A stretch of DNA of 17,509 nt, from assembly GCF_006345805.1 (NCBI RefSeq), contig NW_021824816.1, positions 1 to 17,509 on the forward strand, read 5' to 3'. Below, piece by piece: positions 1 through 9,731 of the stretch; position 1 is the stretch's first letter; every line of letters begins with the position of its first letter. The notes beneath the pieces were generated by a model. That model was not told the origin of the DNA. It made no database searches and saw only the letters and a program-made list of their open reading frames with translations. The position numbers were made by a program, and so were the translations under genes. This DNA comes from Octopus sinensis. Lineage: Eukaryota.

Positions 1-344
1 AATCTGTTTCTTTATGTTTTCAATAATGTTTGTTTCTTTTCATTGAGTCATTCATGTCATAATCCCACCACGGGGTCATTGTCTTTCTTCTCTCTTTCGC
101 ACTGAATTAACACTGTAATCTACTTCATTAATTAATCATCACCATAATTGTTATTGTTGTTGCCTGACTGGACTCTTTACTTCAACTCGTTCTCCATTTC
201 CTCAACATCACAGGTTCAAATCCTCTCTCTTCTTCTTTTCATCCCATCTAGAACTACTTTCTCCCTCTTTCTCTCTTTCTGCCTCACTCTCTCTCTCTCC
301 TTTGTAATTTCCCTATTTACTCCGACCCTGGGCTAAATACAGAA

Positions 345-745
345 TCATCCCCTTATAGTATTTACATTTGTCTCTTTTATGTTCCATGTTCAAATCCTAC
401 CAGAATATTTACTATCACTCTGGGGTCAATATAATCTGTACCAGTAATACCCAGGGGTTCCTTTAATAAACTGTCTTCCTTCTTTCTCCTGTTCTTGTTT
501 CTTTACTTTTGAAGAAAAATAATTGTGTGTTTTTTTATTTACGACTCTTTACGTTCAGAGTTCAAATCCTGCCAAGGTCAACTTCTCCTTCCATCTTTGC
601 AAGGTTGATAAAATACAATACCATTGATGTACTGGGGTTCATATGATTACCTGTAGCCCTTCTTTCCTTCCTAAATTTCATGTTTATATAAGCTGTCAGA
701 ATTCTAGCGGTATTTTTCTGTCTTTACATTTCTGGGTTTACTCAG
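345..745 (+). mobile_element. Three tandem degenerate SINE fragments
   Basis: The unit gtatt..tgtct(c)tttac.ttc.gagttcaaatcct recurs at about 357, 535 and 710. B-box GTTCAAATCC lies at 388-397 and 560-569, and ctggggt(c/t)ca follows in the first two copies. Confidence 0.6.
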
Positions 746-948
746 GTGGTATATATCATTGTTCTACTGTGTAGAGTGTGTATTGAATAAATATATATGT
801 GTGGTGAGTATGGGTGTAATAATTGCTGTAATTAAGTTATTGTGACCTAATTACATTTGTTTTCTTTAATGACCTAATAACTATTATCTCAAGCTGTGTG
901 ATGTTTGCTTTTTTTTCATGTTTTTCTTTCCTCATCCATTACTTTCAG

Positions 949-985
949 GCAAAAGTATGAAGTGGTGTGTGCGATGCTGAAGCAG
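949..985 (+). CDS. Coding exon (37 nt), second helix of an ankyrin repeat, (x)QKYEVVCAMLKQ
   Basis: Long pyrimidine tract ending tttcag at 948 and donor gttagt at 986. Only one frame is open, and it ends in phase 0, joining exon 5054 to complete an ankyrin repeat. Confidence 0.72.
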
Positions 986-1277
986 GTTAGTTAATAAATA
1001 CATATTATATACACTCTCCAGTATTATATTGATCTGTATAATATAAATATTACCAATGTACCAATGAAATAATGGAAATAGATTTAATCACATGTACTAC
1101 AAAAGCCTTGTGTTTGTGGAGGAATTGTATATTGATCATGTTGATGTTGATATTAGCGGTGTTGACAGTCCAACTGACCACCACCACTGATAATAATATC
1201 TTTAATGGTCAAATGAAACTAGGTCATTATGAGATGAACCAAAATATAACAGACATCATGTATATATATATTTTAAT

Positions 1278-1402
1278 TGTTTGTGACATTTGACTGCGGC
1301 CATGCTGGGGCATCACCTTGAACTTTTAGTCAACTGTATCGATCCCAGTACTTTTATTATTTTAAGCGTATCACTTACCCTCTCAGCCTCTTTGCTGAAC
1401 CA
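1278..1402 (-). mobile_element. SINE 3' fragment
   Basis: Minus strand contains tactgggatcgat and catggccgcag. The latter is shared with 7495-7536 and the former resembles tactggggttcat near 630. Family recognition is from recall. Confidence 0.5.
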
Positions 1403-1404
1403 CT

Positions 1405-1478
1405 ACACACACACACACACAGACACACACACACACACACACTCACACACATACATAGGCACACACATAGACACACAC
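1405..1478. repeat. (AC)n microsatellite, interrupted
   Basis: Directly visible. Confidence 0.95.
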
Positions 1479-1657
1479 CTGTTATGAAGTTTCTTTCAGT
1501 TTTCATTTACCAAATCCACTAACAAGATTTTGTTCAGCCCTAGGTAAGGGTAGAATATACTTGCCTGAGTTTCCATGTAGAGGGATTCAACGTGGAACAG
1601 TGTATGGCTGGGAAAAAAGCTCCTTACACTACAACCATGTATATATGGATGTGTGTG

Positions 1658-1687
1658 TCTATCTATTTCTTTCTTTCTATCTATCTC

Positions 1688-1746
<59 letters not shown>

Positions 1747-1832
1747 GTCTGTCTGTCTGTCTGTCTGTCTGGCTGTCTGCCTGTCTCTCTAGCTCTCTCT
1801 CTGTCTATCTGTCTATCTATCTATCAATCTAA

Positions 1833-1864
<32 letters not shown>

Positions 1865-1936
1865 GATATATATATACATACATAAACATACATACATATA
1901 TATATATATGTATATATATACATATATAATATATAT

Positions 1937-1985
<49 letters not shown>

Positions 1986-2005
1986 CAGATCATCATCATC
2001 ATCAT
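1658..2005. repeat. Compound microsatellite (TCTA)n-(TCTG)n-(TCTA)n-(TA)n-(CAT)n
   Basis: Directly visible. Confidence 0.97.
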
Positions 2006-2215
2006 ACTTGCTTGGCTCAGATAGATTTTCTCGAGGCAGATTCTCCGCAGCTGGATGCTCTCCCTATCGCCAATCCTCTCCTCTTTCCAAGGAAGCTAAC
2101 ATTTGCCAAGAACTAGACATGTTCCCGCAGAATGTTGGAAATAAGAGACCCTGCTTATATGACAGTGGCACTCATTTACAACTATCACACAAATGTCAAG
2201 ACAAAAAGCCGCAGA
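1989..2215 (-). mobile_element. SINE-like repeat with (ATG)n tail
   Basis: (CAT)n at 1989-2005. The minus-strand motif ttggcgatagggagagcatccagc resembles tttgcattaagaagggttcccagc at about 3782-3805. Confidence 0.5.
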
Positions 2216-2260
2216 CACACACACACACGCACGCACACACACACACACGCACACATAACA
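2215..2260. repeat. (CA)n / (CG) mixed microsatellite
   Basis: Directly visible. Confidence 0.93.
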
Positions 2261-2398
2261 CATACATTCATACATGTTGGCACACATAAAGAGCTATAAT
2301 AAAAGACGCTTGTCAGAGTTACATGCAATCAGATTGAACCCAGACCATGTTGTTTGGAAGAAAAGGTCTTAATACACATCATCCCAGCATATATACGT

Positions 2399-2402
<4 letters not shown>

Positions 2403-2451
<49 letters not shown>

Positions 2452-2477
2452 CTATATATAATATATATATATATATG

Positions 2478-2529
<52 letters not shown>

Positions 2530-2559
2530 GTATATATATATGTATATATAAATATATAT
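2403..2559. repeat. (TA)n microsatellite, interrupted
   Basis: Directly visible. Confidence 0.97.
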
Positions 2560-2560
2560 G

Positions 2561-2747
2561 CGTAATCCAAAAATGAAAACACAAAGAGAAAATACAACGC
2601 GAGGACGTGGAACAATATAGTATTATTGGACGCTCAGGAAAGAAGAAAGAAGGAGGGTTTAACGTTTCGTCGGAAACATAGGAGAAGGAAAGATCCAGAG
2701 AAGGGAAGACAGAGGGAAAAAATAACGCCAACGGTACTCACGCGGTC
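2561..2747 (-). mobile_element. Probable Penelope-like terminal-repeat fragment
   Basis: Purine-rich island between (TA)n and (GA)n tracts containing ACGTTTCGTCGG (2662-2673). CGAAACGT is the usual 3' half of PLE-associated hammerhead motifs. Confidence 0.35.
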
Positions 2748-2748
2748 A

Positions 2749-2820
<72 letters not shown>
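2749..2820. repeat. (GA)n microsatellite
   Basis: Directly visible. Confidence 0.97.
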
Positions 2821-2821
<1 letters not shown>

Positions 2822-3744
2822 TAACAAAGTGTACGTACGCCGCTATATAAATATATATATATGATAGATCGCCATGATAGATCGCTACCCACTAAACCTT
2901 TTTTATTTTCTCTCCCTGTCACGCAACTGGCAAAAATGACCAGTTACTGCATATAGCTAGCATTATGTCGATTACAATATATCTATATCCAGTACATGAA
3001 ACACACCTTATTATAACTGATATAGAATGCTGTGCAATAAAATAACTGGTTGAATAACACGAAGCAAACAAATATTTCTTTCCATCGTAGAAAAATCTAA
3101 AACGAATTGCTGAGATTTGGTAAGTGAGGAATGTGTTCATGTCACTAATATGAAGAATGGTTTCTATGTTTATAACTAATTAATTTGTTTCTTGTAATTA
3201 AACCTACTCTTACTGTTTCTACTGGTACTATAACTATACAAATGTCCTTTATATGTGTGTTTGTGTATATAAATATATACACAATCGTGTTTATGTATAT
3301 ACATACACTTCCATTGACATCCGTCACCCATGCTTCCCTTACATGCTAACATAACTACTTCCTCCTCTCCTTTTCTATAACTGATTGTGATTGTCACCCC
3401 CTCTCTCCCCGGTCGCTCACTTCCCCGCTGACCATCATTCTTCCAGTAACCCACCACTTGTTACTCTCCCCTTAACATCCCTATTTTGACATACACACAT
3501 TACTATTCTAGAAGCATTACTGCTTCCTTGCCTCGCATCCTAGACCCATCGTCCGCATTTACCCTCCCTTCTACCCACTCTTGATCAGGTTATCGAGAAC
3601 AAATTTAGACAAATGAGGAGCCTGGGGGAAGGCAATGTCTCTAGGACTGGCTTCACAGAAAATGGAATATGAATGAATGGAGATCCCATAGGGTAGAGAG
3701 GAAACTTAGGCTTGTTTTGGTTAGGACATGAGAACCTCCTCAAG

Positions 3745-3913
3745 GATGGTGCCAGAGCATCCAGTACACTCTGCTTTGGGGTTTGCATTAAGAAGGGTTC
3801 CCAGCCTTAGCTGCCATTCTAAATAAAAATGGACAACAGAGACATGGTCCACTGGTTAGTTCTTGAAGGAAGTCAATGCTTATTTGCCAGCATGGAAAGC
3901 ACACATACGAATG

Positions 3914-3915
<2 letters not shown>
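3745..3915 (+). mobile_element. Degenerate SINE-like repeat
   Basis: Shares motifs with 1989-2215 and with 7874-7980 (gccagcatggaaa). Boundaries are approximate. Confidence 0.45.

Positions 3916-3918
<3 letters not shown>

Positions 3919-3953
<35 letters not shown>
3919..3953. repeat. (AC)n microsatellite
   Basis: Directly visible. Confidence 0.96.
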
Positions 3954-3956
<3 letters not shown>

Positions 3957-4002
3957 TACAGAACCATGAACACACACAAGCACATGAATTTGCAGAGTAC
4001 AA

Positions 4003-4191
4003 CCGGCAGGGGGTGGTGGCAATCCCTGCTGTACTCTTTCGCCACTGCTTTCTCTCACTCTTTTTCTCTTGGCCTGCTCGCTTAGCCAGCGGGGTGGCGT
4101 CATTTGAAGGCTAAAACAATACGAAGCGCATTGTGACCAGTGATGTGTAGCAACATCTGATAGCCTGGTCCACCACGCGGATCACAGTGAT
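4003..4191. repeat. GC-rich interspersed repeat fragment, family unassigned
   Basis: GC-rich island with a GCAGGG..CCCTGC hairpin at its start, ending at a (TA)n tract. It resembles a repeat I recall from octopus sequence, which I have not verified. Confidence 0.35.
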
Positions 4192-4231
4192 ATATATATA
4201 TATATATATATATAATGTATGTATGTATATA
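4190..4231. repeat. (TA)n/(TATG)n microsatellite
   Basis: Directly visible. Confidence 0.93.
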
Positions 4232-5053
4232 TAGCTACCAGCACCTCGAAAGTAGTAATTACTCAAACGAGGGGTAATCTGCTAGCTATTCGTTAGGTCA
4301 ACCTTTAGTGGCAGATACGGCAACTCCAGTTGCCAACCATAAAGTACAAAGTAACTTTTTTACTGCATATCAATCTTCAATATGGCAAAGTTTACAAACT
4401 TCTGCGGATTGTGAAAAACTTTCTATCATCTTACACGTTCATCATCCTTGGATTTTAACTCTAAATACCGTAGGTTTTTGGATTATAGCATTGCACAGAA
4501 CAACCTGCGAAACGAATCCGAGAACAATTAGCAAAGTATTTTCTTTAGAACAAGACATCCGAGGTGATGCATTCTGCACCGGAGGATGCAACAGAACCCG
4601 TTGTACAGAATCCAACCATCAAAGGACCAGAGGGTCGAAATGATGTGTGTGTGCGTGGGCGAGTGTACATTAATTTTACGGGAGTGGACACTAACTGCCT
4701 CAGCAGTTTTATGAACCCCTTATTAATATAGCAACATCAAAAGTAAACATTAAGCGAATAATTCTTCTTTACTACACTTGATCCGTTAATCATGTCTTCA
4801 CCCTTGTTCAGTTCTCCTAAAACTTACTATAGTCATGAATCTTTATTCCTGACGAATATGACAACTTAGATTATGTCTCTAATATACACTCAAAGGAAGT
4901 TATGGAGGTACTTTACGAAGGTTCTCTTTACTGACAGACATCAAGTGTGTATGATTAGTTTGGTCAAGTACCCAGTAGAAGACAGTAATAACACATTGGT
5001 ATCTACCCGAATTTTCATGCAGATTTTCATTTTCTATTTTTAACTCTACAAAG

Positions 5054-5263
5054 GATTCTGTTCAGCTTGACATCAAGAACCATCAGAAAGTGACACCATT
5101 GCTGTTAGCTGTCTCTGAGGGCCACCTCGGAATGGTGCACCAGTTGATAGCAAAAGGTGCAGACGTAAATGTTGTCAATAATGAAGGCAACAATTGTCTG
5201 CACCTGGCTGCGAAGACGAAGAGGTTTCATTCCGAGGTTGAACCTTTAAGTATATTAGATAAG
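5054..5263 (+). CDS. Coding exon (210 nt), ankyrin repeats
   Basis: Acceptor ...ctacaaag at 5053 and donor gtaagt at 5264. Encodes TPLLLAVSEGHLGMVHQLIAKGADVNVVNNEGNNCLHLAA, the canonical ankyrin pattern. Overlaps track ORF 5090..5335. Confidence 0.93.
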
Positions 5264-5291
5264 GTAAGTTTGGAAATTGTTTATGAATATC

Positions 5292-5328
5292 TGTGTGTGT
5301 ATGTGTGTGTTGTGTGTGTGTGTGTGTG
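5292..5328. repeat. (GT)n microsatellite just downstream of the 5264 donor
   Basis: Directly visible. Confidence 0.93.
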
Positions 5329-5840
5329 GTTTTGAAACAAGGAGAGTGAGAGAGCGAGAGAGACAGACAGACAAACATTGACTGTCATGTCTCAATTCAC
5401 ACTCATCAACCTTTCTTTTAAGTAACCCAGTCCCCCACTTGATAGCCTTAGTTATATTTTGTAACTAGGAAAATTCCATCTCCTGCTACCCTCAAAGCCA
5501 TGGCCTCTCTACCATAAAGAAGGTAGCCTATCTTGGACATTGGTCATATAAACACAGCCATTACTGTGTAGAGAAGAGTTGACCTCCTGAAGAGAGGAAA
5601 TATTCCTTAATAATAATGATACAGGTGATATGATAAAGGATAACCTTTATGGTGCTGGTGCCATGATAAATACATCCAGTCCATTCTATGAAGAATTCTT
5701 CAAAAGAACAGATATCATATATGCTCTGGCGTTCTGCGGAAATGCCATAACAATGTTGAATCTCAGAACGCTAGAGAATGGATACAATGAATTAAGGTCC
5801 TTAGGGAGTTTTCCCTGCATTTAAGCATTGTATGTACAAC

Positions 5841-5956
5841 TACACACACACACACACATATATATGTAGATGACAAACGGCTAAATGTATGTATGTGTGC
5901 GTGTGTGTAAAACTATCGACCTATATATATATATATATAAATATACACACACACAC

Positions 5957-6001
<45 letters not shown>
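5841..6001. repeat. Mixed (AC)n/(TA)n simple-repeat region flanking the RTE 3' end
   Basis: Directly visible. Confidence 0.9.
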
Positions 6002-6003
<2 letters not shown>

Positions 6004-7460
6004 CACTTTGATCACTTTGACCGACCAGTCCGTCAGGCGTCCATTTGACACCGCTGGTCACAGTACGTTGTCCACTCCTCTCTGGATCGCGCCCTTCTCA
6101 TCCACGTGATCCCAATCGTCCTCTTGAAATCGTCACTCCACCGTCGTGGAGGTCTTCCGAGTGGTCTTTTCCGCTCACGCGGGTACCACTCGACAACTGC
6201 GTGCGTCCACCGATTATCGGTTAGCCGGGCGACGTGTCCAGCCCATCTATACTTGCTGCGAGTATACTCTGCGATGACATCTCTCACGCCGGACTTCTTT
6301 CTGATGATGTTGCTACTTATGTGCTCTCTCAACGAGATACCAAGCATTGACCTTTCCATGGCTCTTTGAGCCGTTACCAGTCTCTGCTCTTCTCTCTTTG
6401 TGGTAGCCTATGTTTCACTACCATATAACATTGCAGGCAGAACTGCACTGTTAATGAGGTTGGCACGGGTGGTCCTGTCCAACCTTCCCTTGTGCACATC
6501 CCTTATGCCATTGAATGCCTTCCATCCGGCCCTTACCCTCCGTGAGATCTTCTTTTTGATATCCCGGTACATATTTACTTCCTGTCCCAGGTAGACATAT
6601 TCTCTCACCTCATCTATTTCATCACTGCCGATCACCATTCGACCTGTTGGTACGTTATCTGACCGCATGAACTTTGTTTTCATGCGGTTCATCTTGAGAC
6701 CTACTGCAGAACTTTTGATGTCGAGCTCCGTCAGCATGGTCTGAAGCTGATCCATGTTTTCAGCGATGAGTACGATGTCGTCAGCGAAACGGAGGAGCTC
6801 GCCATTGATGTTGACACCACCTTGCCATTCGATGCCTCTGATGATCTGTCCGAGACATGCAGTGAAAAGTTTTGGGGAGATTGTATCTCCTTGCTTCACT
6901 CCCTTCTCGACCGGTACTCGTGTGGGTGATGACAGTAGAGCTATGTCGGTGGTGCATCCGGAATTTGCCTCTCTGAGCGGCTGCACATATTGCGCTTCGA
7001 TTCCTTGCCTCTGCAGCGAGTTCAGCACTGCGTTGGTTTCGAAGGCCTTCTCATAATCTATAAACGCAACGCAAAGAGGCAGCTTGTACTCATTTGCTCG
7101 CTCAAGCAGTTGCGTTAGAGCAAATATATGGTCCATTGTGCCGTAGTTCTTCCAGAAGCCTGCTTGCTCCCTCGGTTGTTGTTCGTCGAGACGAATTATC
7201 TTCGTGAACAGCTTGTACACGTGAGACAGCAGGCACATGGGTCGGTAGTTCTTTAGATCTTCTCTGTCGCCCTTCTTATACAGCAGGATGGTATTTGACT
7301 CTTTCTACTGCGAGTGAATTCTCCCCTCGTCTAGATAGTGCGTAAATCACTCAGCGAGGATTTTCCAGAGCTGCTCTCTGCCTGACTTTAGCACCTCCGA
7401 TGTTATACCGTCTTTCCCTGGAGCCTTTCCGTTTTTCATCGAGCCGATGGCTCTTTCAAC
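6002..7460 (-). mobile_element. 5'-truncated RTE-clade non-LTR retrotransposon, antisense in intron 2
   Basis: Continuous RT and C-terminal coding frame, then a short 3' UTR ending in tandem CAAAGTGAT x2 (6002-6019) next to a (TA)n tract. Visibly GC-richer than its flanks. Homology stops abruptly near 7460. Confidence 0.95.
6033..7460 (-). pseudogene. Reverse transcriptase remnant (RTE ORF, RT domain to C-terminus)
   Basis: Single frame with motifs KAPGKDG, NYRPMCLL, EQAGF, FIDYEKAF, GVKQGDTISPKLF, LRFADDIV, YVYLG and RWAGHVAR...KRPLGRPPRRWSDD. In-frame stops at 7347-7349 (TGA), 7305-7307 (TAG) and 6408-6410 (TAG), with the terminal TGA at 6033-6035. Joins track ORFs 6408..7238 and 6033..6359. 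Confidence 0.94.
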
Positions 7461-7494
7461 AAGAACCTATCTCTACAAGATATATATATATATA

Positions 7495-7536
7495 AACGGC
7501 GGTGCATCACCATGGCCGCAGCTCTGAGCTGAAACT
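7495..7536 (+). mobile_element. 42-nt SINE 3' fragment between two (TA)n tracts
   Basis: ggcggtgcatcaccatggccgcagctctgagctgaaact shares catggccgcag with the inverted copy at about 1295-1305. Confidence 0.4.
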
Positions 7537-7873
7537 TATATATATATATACAAATCATGCAAAGGCATTCACATCTATCCATCACTATTGTTAACCGTTG
7601 CAGAATTCAAGCAACTCCCTGCTTCCCGCATAAATAAAGGACACTAGATATGTGAGACTATTTCTTCAAACAGTTGATGATTATCTGTGTATTGTAGTAA
7701 TGACTACTTTGGTGTGAGAAACCAGTGACCTCTCCACCTACTGGAATTGTCCATCCGACAAACAGTTTGAACAGTTTATCAACTATAATGTGTTGGTGCA
7801 CATACTCAATCGTGACACCAGTTCGTTCTTCTCTTTCGTCACATTCATCATCAAAACATATTCTTTTATTAAT

Positions 7874-7980
7874 TCATCATCATCATGTTTTTCCATGCTG
7901 GCAGACGTTGCACTCTTTGACAGGAACTGGCCAGCTGAGGAGCTATCGGGGCTCCATGTCTGTTTCCGTGTGCTTTCTAT
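7874..7980 (-). mobile_element. SINE-like 3' end with (ATG)n tail
   Basis: Minus strand ends GCCAGCATGGAAAAACATGATGATGATGA. GCCAGCATGGAAA also occurs on + at about 3886-3898. Confidence 0.55.
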
Positions 7981-8187
7981 GACTCAGTCCTTTGTCATCT
8001 GCTCTGTGCGGCCCAATGTCTAATGGTCCTTTCTCACCGCTTAATCACACGTCTTCCTGGGTCCACCCCATCCGCACTTTCCTTCCACAATTAAAGATCT
8101 GCACTTCTTGATGCAGCTGTCTTCATCCATATGCATTACATAATAATACCATCGCAGTCTTCTCTCTCGCACACAACATCCGATGCC
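7981..8187 (-). mobile_element. Degenerate C-terminal fragment of a second LINE family
   Basis: Manual translation: GIGCCVRERRLRWYYYVMHMDEDSCIKKCRSLIVEGKCGWGGPRKTCD*AVRKDH*TLGRTEQMTKD*. This matches the RLRWxGHVxRM...GRPRKTW tail of LINE ORF2 proteins. Confidence 0.75.
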
Positions 8188-8839
8188 TTATATATCCATT
8201 TTTTTCTTTCAAATCCACTTAATTATGGAAACATTATTGATCTGTTTAGATATGTCTGTGTGTTTTTGATTTAGTTGTTATTATGTTGTTGGTATTCTCT
8301 TTTCTGGTATAACTTACATTATTTGGGTTGTTATATTTATATATACAATACTCTTCCGTAAGTATTTCTCTTGCTGTGGCCATTTGGCTCTATCAAGCCA
8401 GTTGTAGAGATAGGTTCTTGTTGGTTTGTTGTCTTTCATTATTGTGACATTTCTTTCCTTATATTTTGTATATTTGACTTGATGTTATAATAACTTTATA
8501 TTGTGTTTTTATTGAATAGTTTGTGACATTTGTGATTGGCAAGTAAATATTTACTCATTAAATATCATTGTTAAGCAATAACGTTGACCACTAATGTGCG
8601 TTTTGTTCAATATAATGATCATAATTTTTGTCTTAATGTGGAACGTAAAGTAAAACAAATGATAATGAAAAGTGGACTCAACTAAGAGATGATGTAAGAA
8701 ATCAACGCTGTGTGAATAGTTTAATCACTGGGAAAACAAACTATGTGTAAATGTAGTTGAACTGTTGTGTAATTTGGGGCATCTTTAGTATGTGTTTGTG
8801 TAATCTTTAACTCATCATTTTATATTTCATCATTTGTAG

Positions 8840-9018
8840 TTCTGCGAAGAGCTGAAACTGGGAAACGAAGAAAGGTACTCTGATGTGGTAGTTGCTTGCT
8901 ACCTAGTCTACCACGGGGCCAACTTATACTGTAACAACAAAAGTGGCAGAACACCATTGGACCTAATAAAAACTAAAAAATCAAAAAAGATTTTAAATAT
9001 GTTATTCCCACCAACGCA
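8840..9018 (+). CDS. Coding exon (179 nt), last ankyrin repeat and linker
   Basis: Acceptor catttgtag at 8839 and donor gtaagt at 9019. Open in phase 0, encoding ACYLVYHGANLYCNNKSGRTPLDL, and ends in phase 2 (CA). Absent from the ORF track. Confidence 0.9.
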
Positions 9019-9454
9019 GTAAGTATTCACTGGCAATGACAAGATAAACCATTACATTTTCTGTTTTGTATATAACCGTGTTTATATGTTTATATTGTTT
9101 TAATTCGACTGATACATTATACTGCTTTAGAGGCTTAATGAAAGGTTACGCAACAACAGTAAGAAGAACAATAAACGATATGCAGTTGTTAAGCTAATTA
9201 AAGAAAGAACACTATTTTGATTACATTCAAATGATTGGTTGCATTGACTGTTATACCTCTCCTAAAATCCCCACCCACCTCTCTCAGTTCCCTATTTTAA
9301 AGATTTGGTACCAATGAGAAAATGTAGAAGTAAATAGTGAAGTGATGGAATTTATCTCTCTACCAACAGATTATTCCTCTGTCTTCTCTGTCCCACCCAG
9401 TCATGTCCATGTGAGCTATCCTGAGAAAATGACTACAAACACATACAATGAGTG

Positions 9455-9605
9455 TACATACATGGATACATACATACATAGATATATACACACATATATA
9501 TGTATATACACACACACATATATATACATATATATATATGCATATATATATAATATATATATGCATATATATATGTGTGTGTATATACATATATATACAT
9601 ACATA

Positions 9606-9640
<35 letters not shown>
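9455..9640. repeat. Mixed (TA)n/(CA)n/(TACA)n microsatellite
   Basis: Directly visible. Confidence 0.95.
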
Positions 9641-9641
<1 letters not shown>

Positions 9642-9731
9642 AAAAAGGGTGAAATATAATTAATTTAATAAAATCAATAAATATCACCTAGTAGATTTTT
9701 CGGTATGGAAAATACCATATTTGGTAAGAAT

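Noticed and set aside
2861-2886. 13-nt tandem duplication atgatagatcgc(c/t)
   Set aside because: Two copies only, an ordinary slippage duplication.
4308-4643. 111-aa ORF, a weak DFN..LDYSI motif in another frame, and TIR-like text near 4700
   Set aside because: No convincing transposase match, no paired TIRs and no fitting splice sites.
5630-5824. 64-aa ORF as a possible extra exon
   Set aside because: The upstream AG has no pyrimidine tract, and exons 5263 and 8840 already join in frame.
6106-7056. + strand ORFs 6106..6369, 6400..6594 and 6754..7056
   Set aside because: Antisense shadows of the GC-rich RTE frame with no independent motifs.
6033-7460. RT as part of a retron, DGR, group II intron or CRISPR-linked system
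   Set aside because: The motifs and 3' tandem tail are those of a eukaryotic RTE LINE, the context is a spliceosomal intron, and there is no array, msr/msd or template repeat.
8358-8363. Consensus donor gtaagt in intron 2
   Set aside because: No suitable upstream acceptor or open exon.
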